Positions 1 to 6,795 of a stretch of 17,341 nt of DNA are shown piece by piece; positions within the stretch are counted from its first letter, which is position 1, and every line of letters begins with the position of its first letter. Under the pieces are notes generated by a model. The model saw only the letters and a list, made by a program, of their open reading frames with translations, ran no database searches and had not been told where the DNA came from. The stretch comes from Armatimonadota bacterium (lineage in GTDB: Bacteria; Armatimonadota; UBA10988), in the NCBI GenBank assembly GCA_016235455.1, contig JACRKZ010000165.1, forward strand, positions 1 to 17,341, given 5' to 3'. The translations under genes were made by a program, and so were the position numbers.

Positions 1-430
1 CAATACCCAGAAGCTGATCAGTGGCTCGCTGGCGACCACCGCCATGACGCTGCAGATCGGCGCCAACCAGAACCAGACGATCAGCTTCACCGTCATGACG
101 GCCACGGCCTCGAGCCTCGGCGTCAGCGGTCTGGCGGTCAGCACGCAGGCCAGTGCCGCCGCGGCCCTGGCCAGCATCGATGCGGCCATCAGCACGGTGA
201 CCACTGAGCGCGCCAAGCTCGGTTCACTGCAGAACCGGCTGGAGCGCACCATCTCCAACCTGGACTCCCAGGCGGAGAACCTGTCGGCGTCCGAGAGCCG
301 CATCCGTGATACGGACGTGGCCAAGGAGACCATCACCATGTCGCGCTTGCAGATTCTGCAGCAGGCTGGTGTGGCGGCGCAGTCGCAGGCCAACTCGGCG
401 CCGCAGGTGGTCCTGTCGCTGCTGCGCTGA
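1..430 (+). CDS. fliC: Flagellin copy 1 (5'-truncated by window edge)
   Basis: The frame is open from base 2 (NTQKLISGSLATTAMTLQIGAN...) to TGA at 428-430. It contains flagellin C-terminal motifs RAKLGSLQNRLE, ENLSASESRIRDTDVAKE and QILQQAG...QAN..PQ.VLSLLR. ATG 44 is an internal Met. Confidence 0.97.
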   Translation, partial: NTQKLISGSLATTAMTLQIGANQNQTISFTVMTATASSLGVSGLAVSTQASAAAALASIDAAISTVTTERAKLGSLQNRLERTISNLDSQAENLSASESRIRDTDVAKETITMSRLQILQQAGVAAQSQANSAPQVVLSLLR

Positions 431-488
431 CGCCCGCCGACCCGGGCGCGGCGCCGTGCGCCGAGTCCGGGCGCCAAATACCTCACTG

Positions 489-522
489 CTGGGCGCGATC
501 TGGCTCGCCAGGTCGCGCCCGG
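489..522 (+). terminator. GC-rich hairpin with CTCG loop followed by T-rich tract; probable terminator/insulator after flagellin 1
   Basis: CTGGGCGCGATCTGG-CTCG-CCAGGTCGCGCCCGG (15-bp stem with G:U pairs), followed by TATGTGTTTT. Confidence 0.55.
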
Positions 523-554
523 TATGTGTTTTGGGATGGTTTACACAGGGGGCT

Positions 555-581
555 TAACCCTCGCGCCGCGCCGGCCGATAG
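555..581 (+). promoter_or_regulatory. Sigma28 (FliA/SigD)-type promoter of flagellin 2
   Basis: TAAC(555-558)-N15-GCCGATAG(574-581) against the consensus TAAA-N15-GCCGATAA, directly upstream of a flagellin gene. Confidence 0.85.
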
Positions 582-588
582 ACCTGTT

Positions 589-664
589 GACGGGCCGGTA
601 AGCCCGCGGGCGAGTGTCTCGATTCTAGTTGTGAGACGCCGCCTGATAGTACGAGGAGACTTCC
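589..664 (+). promoter_or_regulatory. Structured 5' leader of flagellin 2 (two hairpins, TTCTAGTTGT loop, SD GAGGAG)
   Basis: CGGGC-N6-GCCCG (591-606); GTGTCTC-[GATTCTAGTTGT]-GAGACGC (614-639) with outer GGCG/CGCC; GAGGAGACTTCC-ATG. Confidence 0.6.
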
Positions 665-1489
665 ATGGCTTTCAGCATTCGCAACAACGTAACCGCCCTG
701 TTCACGCAGCGGAGCATGAGTGCGACGCAGTCGGAACTCAGCGGAGTGATGGAAAGGTTGTCGAGCGGGTATCGCATCAACAAGGCAGCTGACGACGCGG
801 CCGGCCTCGCTATCAGCGAGAAGCTGCGCGCCCAGGTGCGGGGCCTCAACCAGGCGTCGCGCAACGCCCAGGACGGCATCAGCGTCATCCAGACCACGGA
901 AGCGGCTCTGGGTGAAGGCGGCAGCATCCTGCAGCGCATGCGTGAACTGACGGTGGAGGCGGCCAACGACACGTTGACCAGCGGTGACCGCGCGAACATC
1001 CAGAAGGAGGTGGACGCGCTGCTGTCCGAGGTCGACCGGTTCGCCGGTGCGACCGAGTTCAACACGATGAAACTGATCAGCGGCTCGCTGGCCACCACCG
1101 CTATGACTCTTCAGATCGGTGCGAACAACGGGCAGACCATCAGCTTCACCGTGATGACCGCGACGGCGTCCAGTCTGGGCGTCAGCGGCCTGGCGGTCAG
1201 CACTCAGGCGAGCGCTGCCGCGGCCCTGGCCAGCATCGATGCGGCGATCAGCACGATCACCACCGAGCGCGCCAAGCTCGGTTCGCTGCAGAACCGCCTG
1301 GAACGGACGATCTCGAACCTGGACTCGCAGTCGGAGAACCTGTCGGCGTCCGAGAGCCGCATCCGTGATACGGACGTGGCCAAGGAGACCATCACCATGT
1401 CCCGCTTGCAGATCCTGCAGCAGGCCGGTGTGGCGGCGCAGTCGCAGGCCAACTCGGCGCCCCAGGTGGTGCTGTCGCTCCTCAAGTAA
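665..1489 (+). CDS. fliC: Flagellin copy 2, minimal 274 aa (D0/D1 only)
   Basis: ERLSSGYRINKAADDAAGLAISEKLRAQ, QASRNAQDGIS, LQRMREL, TEFN..KL and the C-terminal flagellin motifs; SD GAGGAG. Confidence 0.98.
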   Translation: MAFSIRNNVTALFTQRSMSATQSELSGVMERLSSGYRINKAADDAAGLAISEKLRAQVRGLNQASRNAQDGISVIQTTEAALGEGGSILQRMRELTVEAANDTLTSGDRANIQKEVDALLSEVDRFAGATEFNTMKLISGSLATTAMTLQIGANNGQTISFTVMTATASSLGVSGLAVSTQASAAAALASIDAAISTITTERAKLGSLQNRLERTISNLDSQSENLSASESRIRDTDVAKETITMSRLQILQQAGVAAQSQANSAPQVVLSLLK

Positions 1490-1519
1490 GGGGCGGCGAC
1501 AGGTAGCCGTGTTCACCAG

Positions 1520-1600
1520 CACGGCGCGGGCCGGTTCTCCGGTCCGCGCCGTGGCCTTTGGGGTAGCTCCCCGCCCGACTCGTCGGGCCGGGAGCTACCC
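1520..1600 (+). terminator. Two tandem hairpins after flagellin 2
   Basis: CACGGCGCGGGCCGG-TTCT-CCGGTCCGCGCCGTG (1520-1553) then GCCTTT; GGGTAGCTCCCCGCCCGA-CTCG-TCGGGCCGGGAGCTACCC (1561-1600). Confidence 0.6.
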
Positions 1601-1636
1601 TATTGGCGTATTTCACCCCACCTTCACGCCGGGAGC

Positions 1637-1663
1637 TCAAGTCCTCCCGCAGATGACCGAATG
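1637..1663 (+). promoter_or_regulatory. Sigma28-type promoter of flagellin 3 (variant)
   Basis: TCAA(1637-1640)-N15-ACCGAATG(1656-1663). The offset to the first leader hairpin is the same as in the other copies. Confidence 0.65.
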
Positions 1664-1670
1664 ACTGAGT

Positions 1671-1752
1671 ACCGGGCAATAGAGCCCGCGCGCGCGAGCA
1701 GTACGGCGGTTCTTGTCTGAGCCGGGGCAGCGCGCATAGATGGAGACTTGAC
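1671..1752 (+). promoter_or_regulatory. Structured 5' leader of flagellin 3 (two hairpins, TTCTTGT loop)
   Basis: CGGGC-N6-GCCCG (1673-1688); CGGC-[GGTTCTTGTCTGA]-GCCG (1704-1724) within GCGCGC/GCGCGC; ATGGAGACTTGAC-ATG. Confidence 0.55.
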
Positions 1753-2577
1753 ATGTCTTTCAGCATTCGGAACAACGTCACCGCGATGTTCACCCAACGG
1801 TCCATGACAAGCACGCAGGCTGAGCTTTCGGGCGTCATGGAGCGCTTGTCCAGCGGCTATCGCATCAACAAGGCGGCCGATGACGCGGCCGGCCTGGCCA
1901 TCAGCGAGAAGTTGCGCGCCCAGGTGCGGGGTCTGAACCAGGCTTCGCGCAATGCTCAGGATGGCATCAGTGTCATCCAGACCGCGGAAGCGGCGCTGGG
2001 CGAGGGCGGCAGCATCCTGCAGCGCATGCGTGAACTGACGGTGGAAGCCGCCAACGACACGCTGACCTCGGGCGATCGCGACAACATCCAGAAGGAAGTT
2101 GACGCATTGCTCTCCGAGGTGGACCGGTTCGCCAGTTCCACCGAGTTCAATACGCAGAAGCTGATCAGCGGCTCGCTGTCCAGCTCGGCGATGACGCTGC
2201 AGATCGGTGCCAACAACGGGCAGACGATCAGCTTCACGATCACCACGGCCACGGCCTCCAGCCTGGGTGTGAGCGGCATTGCCGTGAGCTCGCAGGCTAG
2301 CGCGGCGGCGGCCCTGGCCAGCATCGACGCGGCGATCACCACGGTGACCACCGAACGGGCCAAGCTCGGTTCGCTGCAGAACCGGCTCGAGCGCACCATC
2401 TCCAACCTGGACTCCCAGTCGGAGAACCTGTCGGCGTCCGAGAGCCGCATCCGTGATACGGACGTGGCCAAGGAAACCATCGCGCTATCCCGCTTGCAGA
2501 TCCTCCAGCAGGCCGGCGTGGCGGCGCAGTCGCAGGCCAACTCGGCGCCGCAAGCCATCCTGTCGCTGCTGCGCTGA
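1753..2577 (+). CDS. fliC: Flagellin copy 3, minimal 274 aa
   Basis: Same N- and C-terminal flagellin motifs as copy 2; SD GGAG upstream. Confidence 0.98.
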   Translation: MSFSIRNNVTAMFTQRSMTSTQAELSGVMERLSSGYRINKAADDAAGLAISEKLRAQVRGLNQASRNAQDGISVIQTAEAALGEGGSILQRMRELTVEAANDTLTSGDRDNIQKEVDALLSEVDRFASSTEFNTQKLISGSLSSSAMTLQIGANNGQTISFTITTATASSLGVSGIAVSSQASAAAALASIDAAITTVTTERAKLGSLQNRLERTISNLDSQSENLSASESRIRDTDVAKETIALSRLQILQQAGVAAQSQANSAPQAILSLLR

Positions 2578-2603
2578 TCGGTGCCCGGTAGCATGTGAAT
2601 AGT

Positions 2604-2641
2604 GTGCGGCGCGGACCCCCTGGGCCCGCGCCGCGCCATTT
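2604..2641 (+). terminator. Hairpin after flagellin 3, probable terminator
   Basis: GTGCGGCGCGGACCC-CCT-GGGCCCGCGCCGCGC followed by CATTT. It is related in sequence to the hairpins after the other copies. Confidence 0.5.
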
Positions 2642-2712
2642 GGGTCGGCGCCGCGAGTCCGAATACGACATGGGCCGGCATAGCCATTTCTGGCCCATTG
2701 TGGCTCTGTGAC

Positions 2713-2739
2713 TTAAGTGCGCGCAAGACTGGCCGATGA
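2713..2739 (+). promoter_or_regulatory. Sigma28-type promoter of flagellin 4
   Basis: TTAA(2713-2716)-N15-GCCGATGA(2732-2739). Confidence 0.82.
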
Positions 2740-2746
2740 GTCGAGT

Positions 2747-2827
2747 GACGGTCCTTGTAGACCGTCGAGCGTAGACGAGCGCCGGCTTCTAGTTGTCCCG
2801 GCGCCGCTTGGTTAGAGGAGACTTGAG
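2747..2827 (+). promoter_or_regulatory. Structured 5' leader of flagellin 4 (two hairpins, TTCTAGTTGT loop)
   Basis: GACGGTC-N6-GACCGTC (2747-2766); GCGCCGG-[CTTCTAGTTGTC]-CCGGCGC (2779-2804); GAGGAGACTTGAG-ATG. Confidence 0.6.
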
Positions 2828-3652
2828 ATGGCTTTCAGCATTCGGAACAACGTCACCGCGATGTTCACGCAGAGGTCCATGACAAGCACGCAGGCCGAGT
2901 TGTCGGGCGTCATGGAGCGCTTGTCCAGCGGCTATCGCATCAACAAGGCGGCCGATGACGCGGCTGGCTTGGCAATCAGCGAGAAGTTGCGTGCTCAGGT
3001 GCGGGGTCTGAACCAGGCTTCGCGCAATGCCCAGGATGGCATCAGCGTCATCCAGACCGCGGAAGCGGCGCTGGGCGAGGGCGGCAGCATCCTGCAGCGC
3101 ATGCGTGAACTGACGGTGGAGGCAGGCAACGACACCCTGACCTCGGGCGACCGCGCCAACATCCAGAAGGAAGTTGACGCGCTGCTGTCCGAGGTGGACC
3201 GGTTCGCCACATCCACCGAGTTCAACACGCAGAAGCTGATCAGCGGCTCGCTGTCCAGCTCGTCCATGACCCTGCAGATCGGTGCCAATAACGGGCAGAC
3301 GATCAGCTTCACCATTACCACGGCCACGGCCTCCAGCCTGGGTGTGAGCGGCATCGCCGTGAGCACGCAGGCCAGCGCGGCGGCGGCCCTGGCCAGCATC
3401 GATGCGGCGATCACCACCGTGACCACCGAGCGGGCCAAGCTCGGTTCGCTGCAGAACCGGCTCGAGCGCACCATCTCCAACCTGGACTCCCAGGCGGAGA
3501 ACCTGTCGGCGTCCGAGAGCCGCATCCGTGATACGGACGTGGCCAAGGAGACCATCGCGCTGTCCCGCTTGCAGATCCTGCAGCAGGCCGGTGTGGCGGC
3601 GCAGTCGCAGGCCAACTCGGCGCCGCAGGCGATCCTGTCGCTGCTGCGATAG
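2828..3652 (+). CDS. fliC: Flagellin copy 4, minimal 274 aa
   Basis: Same flagellin motifs as the other copies; nearly identical to copy 3; SD GAGGAG. Confidence 0.98.
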   Translation: MAFSIRNNVTAMFTQRSMTSTQAELSGVMERLSSGYRINKAADDAAGLAISEKLRAQVRGLNQASRNAQDGISVIQTAEAALGEGGSILQRMRELTVEAGNDTLTSGDRANIQKEVDALLSEVDRFATSTEFNTQKLISGSLSSSSMTLQIGANNGQTISFTITTATASSLGVSGIAVSTQASAAAALASIDAAITTVTTERAKLGSLQNRLERTISNLDSQAENLSASESRIRDTDVAKETIALSRLQILQQAGVAAQSQANSAPQAILSLLR

Positions 3653-3697
3653 TCCAGTAGCGCATCGCGGGCGGCCTACTGGTCGCCTGAGTGAGGT

Positions 3698-3739
3698 GCG
3701 GCGCGGCCCGGGCAACCGGGCCGCGCCGCTGTTCTTTTT
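3698..3739 (+). terminator. Rho-independent terminator after flagellin 4
   Basis: Perfect 14-bp stem GCGGCGCGGCCCGG-GCAA-CCGGGCCGCGCCGC with a GNRA tetraloop, followed by TGTTCTTTTT. Confidence 0.85.
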
Positions 3740-3934
3740 GTGGGCTACGGCGGGAGGCGGGCCGAGTCGGACCGCGCGTCCACAACGCGTGCCGCTTTGG
3801 TGGCCAGTATGGTATGAAGTGTCGTCGGTCTCCTTTGCGGGTCAGTCGATGGGCGAGCGAGCCGCATGTTTGGCTCGGCCGCGCCACGGCCTTCTTGTAC
3901 CGACCGACGTTGCTTGAGTAGGGAGGAGATGTCC

Positions 3935-4708
3935 ATGTCTTTCAGGATCCAGAGCAACCCGCTTTCGCTGCAGGGCCAGCAGGGGTTGACCGCGGCCCAA
4001 GGCGCCGGCGGCGCGGCCCGGACGGCAGCAGCGGCCAGGGGCCCGGCCGGCGGCACCGAGATGACCAAGCTGGCCATCGGCGGACAGCAGACCCAAGCGT
4101 GGAGCGCCAACGCCGCGTCGCGCGAGGTGCAGGAGGGCCTGAGCGTGCTGGGTACGGCTCGCAAGGGGCTCGACAACAGCTATGTCGTGCTCAACCGCAT
4201 GGAGATGGCGCTGAGCGAACTGGCCACCGGCGCCAAGACCGAGGCCGCCCGCGCGGACACCCAGAAGAAGCTGGCCGATCTGATGGCCGAGCTCGATAAG
4301 GTGGCCACCGACACGAACTTCAACGGCAAGAAGCTGTTGGATGGCTCCATGGCGCAGAACGGCATGCCGGTCCAAGTCGGCAGCGACACCTTCGCAGTCC
4401 GCTTCGCGTCGGCCTCGTCCCAGGGCCTGGGTCTGAGCGGCCTGTCGGTGAGCGACGACGCCAGTATGCAGAACGCCTTCAAGGCGGTGCAGACAGCGCA
4501 CCAATCACTCGTTGGCAGCAAGATGGACGCGGCCCAGAAGGAGATGGCGATCACCATGGCGGCCATCACGTCGGCCGGCGCATCGGGCCTGGAGGACGTG
4601 CAAGGCACGCTGGCGACAACGCGCTCGCAGATGCTCCAGCAGGCCGGCACGGCGGAACTGGCGCAGGGCAACGCGGCGCCGCAGGCGGTGCTGGCGCTGC
4701 TGCGCTGA
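3935..4708 (+). CDS. Divergent flagellin-like protein (257 aa)
   Basis: Start reassigned to ATG 3935 (SD GGGAGGAG 3921-3928; MSFRIQSN). It retains ASREVQEGLSVLGTA, LNRM, ELDKVATDTNFNGKKLLDGS, VQVG and QMLQQAGTAELAQGNAAPQAVLALLR, but lacks RLSSGxRINxAxDDAAG and RIRDxD. Confidence 0.88.
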   Translation: MSFRIQSNPLSLQGQQGLTAAQGAGGAARTAAAARGPAGGTEMTKLAIGGQQTQAWSANAASREVQEGLSVLGTARKGLDNSYVVLNRMEMALSELATGAKTEAARADTQKKLADLMAELDKVATDTNFNGKKLLDGSMAQNGMPVQVGSDTFAVRFASASSQGLGLSGLSVSDDASMQNAFKAVQTAHQSLVGSKMDAAQKEMAITMAAITSAGASGLEDVQGTLATTRSQMLQQAGTAELAQGNAAPQAVLALLR

Positions 4709-4753
4709 GCGCTGCCACCACGCCCGTTCTGGGGTGGCGTGCAGGAGTGATAA

Positions 4754-4784
4754 CGCGGCCCGGTGCGCCGGGCCGCGCTGGTTT
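4754..4784 (+). terminator. Hairpin after flagellin-like gene 5
   Basis: CGCGGCCCGG-TGCG-CCGGGCCGCG then CTGGTTT. The stem is identical to the inner 10 bp of the flagellin 4 terminator. Confidence 0.55.
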
Positions 4785-4834
4785 GGGTCGCGCGGGTTGC
4801 GGTGGTGAGCGGCTGCGTGGTACCTTCTGATTCG

Positions 4835-6766
4835 ATGGACACCTCGACTGCTCAACCGCAATCCAAACGCCGCAACCCCGGCGTCACGTGGCGCTCCGTG
4901 CTGCTCGCGCTGCTGCTCATCCCCGTCAACATTTACTGGGTTACGGTGGTCGAGGTGCGCTGGTACAGCCTGGACGGCAGTTGCCTCCCGCTGTTCATCA
5001 CGCCGGTATTCATCCTGTTCTGCCTGGTGCTGGCCAACCTCGGTGTGCGGCGACTGCGGGCCAGATGGGCCCTGGCCCAGGGCGAATTGCTGGCCACCTA
5101 CGTCATGGTGGTCGCCTCCAGCACCATCTCCGGCCACGACTGGTGGCAGAACTTCTTTGGCTCGGTGAGCCATCCCTTCTGGTTCGCCACGTCCGAGAAC
5201 CACTGGCAGGAGCGCTTCTTCCAGTACCTGCCGGTGTGGCTGGGCGTGCGCAATAAGGAAGTGCTGCGCGGCTTCTACCAGGGCAACTCGCAGCTCACGC
5301 CGGAGGTCTGGCAGGCCTGGGCCGTGCCGTTGCTGGTGTGGGGCATGTTGTCGGTGGTGATGATCATGATGATGTTGTGCCTCAATGTCATCGTCCGCCG
5401 CCAATGGGCCGAGAATGAGCGCCTGACTTACCCGATCGTGCAGCTCCCGCTGGCCATGACCGAGGAGTTCGGCACCAGCCTGCTGCGCAACAGCATCTTC
5501 TGGTACGGGTTCGCGCTGCCGGTGGTCATCGGCCTGTTCTGCGGCATGCACGCCTTCTTTCCGGCCATTCCCACGCTCAACGTCAAGCTCAACAGCCTGC
5601 ACCGCTACCTCCAGGGCCGGCCCTGGGACTTCATGGGTCAGGCCGACCTGTCGTTCTACCCGTTCATGATCGGGCTGGCCTACTTCCTGCCGCTCGATCT
5701 GAGCTTCTCGTGCTGGTTCTTCTATGTCGTGCGCCTCGGTCAGCAGATCGTCGGCGGCCTGATGGGCGGCGACACCGGTCGCTTCTTCCCGTTCCTCGGC
5801 GAGCAGGGCGCCGGCAGCTGGCTGGCGTTGGCCTTCATCGCGCTGTGGGGCTCCAAGGACTACCTGTGGCGCGTCATGCGCCAGGCGGTGCGCGGGCAGG
5901 AGTGGGAAGACGAGCCGCTGACCTACCGCGCCGCCGTGCTCGGGCTGGTGCTCGGCATGATCTACCTGGTGTGGTGGTCCACCAAGCTCAAGTGCGGCTG
6001 GTTCGTCGCGCTCAGCTTCTGGGTCATCTTCTTCCTGCTGTCGCTGGCCATGACCCGCGTGCGCGCCGAGCTGGGCGCGCCGCACGAGATCTACTTCGTC
6101 AACCCGCGGCGCATCATGTTCACGCTGGTGGGCACCTCGGCCTTCCGGCCCGAGGAGCTGACCTTCCTCTCGGCCACCTACTGGTTCAACCGCTGCTACC
6201 GCTGCCACCCCATGCCACCGCAGCTCGAGGCGTTCAAAATGGCCGAGAACGACCGCATGAACGCCAAGCGCCTGGCCTGGGCGCTGATCGCGGCCACCGT
6301 GTTCTCGCTGGTCGTCTGCTCCTGGGCCAACCTCAGCATCTGCTACGCCGACGGCGCCGCCAGCAAGTGCGGCGGGTTCAAGGCCTGGGTCGGCTGGGAG
6401 AGCTACAACGACCTCAGCCGCTGGCTGGAGGTGCAGCAGCCCGCCGACCGCGCCGGCACGGCCTGGATGGGTGGCGCGTTCATCTTCACCGTGGTCTGCA
6501 GCGCCATGCGCCGACGCTTCCTGTGGTGGCCGTTCCATCCGGCGGGCTACCCGCTGGCGGTCAGCTTCGCCATGGACTACTTCTGGTTCGCGGTGTTCGT
6601 GGCCTGGCTGCTCAAGGCCACGGTGCTCAAGGTGGGCGGCATGCGGCTGTACCGCAAGGGCATCCCGTTCGCGCTTGGACTCATTCTGGGCGACTACACC
6701 ATCGGCGCGATCTGGGCCATCATCGGGCCGCTGGTGCACATGCCGAACTACAAGATCTTCATCTAA
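4835..6766 (+). CDS. Polytopic membrane protein, DUF6785/DUF6784 family (putative transporter), ~643 aa
   Basis: Many hydrophobic segments, with motifs GVTWRSVLLALLL, ELLATY, RRQW.ENERLTYPIVQLP, IGLAYFLPLDLSFSCWFF, RVRAELG, WWPFHPAGY, LKVGGMRLYRKGIPFALGLILGD. Start taken at ATG 4835 (MDTST) rather than GTG 4763, which lies inside a hairpin. Confidence 0.8.
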   Translation: MDTSTAQPQSKRRNPGVTWRSVLLALLLIPVNIYWVTVVEVRWYSLDGSCLPLFITPVFILFCLVLANLGVRRLRARWALAQGELLATYVMVVASSTISGHDWWQNFFGSVSHPFWFATSENHWQERFFQYLPVWLGVRNKEVLRGFYQGNSQLTPEVWQAWAVPLLVWGMLSVVMIMMMLCLNVIVRRQWAENERLTYPIVQLPLAMTEEFGTSLLRNSIFWYGFALPVVIGLFCGMHAFFPAIPTLNVKLNSLHRYLQGRPWDFMGQADLSFYPFMIGLAYFLPLDLSFSCWFFYVVRLGQQIVGGLMGGDTGRFFPFLGEQGAGSWLALAFIALWGSKDYLWRVMRQAVRGQEWEDEPLTYRAAVLGLVLGMIYLVWWSTKLKCGWFVALSFWVIFFLLSLAMTRVRAELGAPHEIYFVNPRRIMFTLVGTSAFRPEELTFLSATYWFNRCYRCHPMPPQLEAFKMAENDRMNAKRLAWALIAATVFSLVVCSWANLSICYADGAASKCGGFKAWVGWESYNDLSRWLEVQQPADRAGTAWMGGAFIFTVVCSAMRRRFLWWPFHPAGYPLAVSFAMDYFWFAVFVAWLLKATVLKVGGMRLYRKGIPFALGLILGDYTIGAIWAIIGPLVHMPNYKIFI

Positions 6767-6795
6767 GTCCAAGGGGATGTCGTTGGAGACGATTC

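Noticed and set aside
1-3652. Flagellin repeats as a pure assembly artefact
   Set aside because: The copies differ at many synonymous and non-synonymous sites and have distinct spacers, promoters and stop codons.
554-3715. Long antisense ORFs over the flagellins (554-1522, 1956-2726, 2789-3715 and others)
   Set aside because: These are shadow ORFs caused by GC-rich codon bias. They recur only because the sense genes are repeated, and show no recognisable motifs.
1-4708. Invertase-type flagellar phase variation or RNA-guided (TnpB-derived) flagellin repression
   Set aside because: No recombinase, invertible segment or TnpB/Cas-like gene was seen in the window.
4505-6772. 755-aa antisense ORF (likewise 7186-8598 and 13595-15805)
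   Set aside because: Each lies opposite a well-supported gene and has typical reverse-frame composition.
5710-6795. N-terminal extension making a 1021-aa PL8 ORF
   Set aside because: It overlaps the DUF6785-type gene in another frame and is Arg/Pro/Ala-rich noise. The real start with SD and signal peptide is at 6796.
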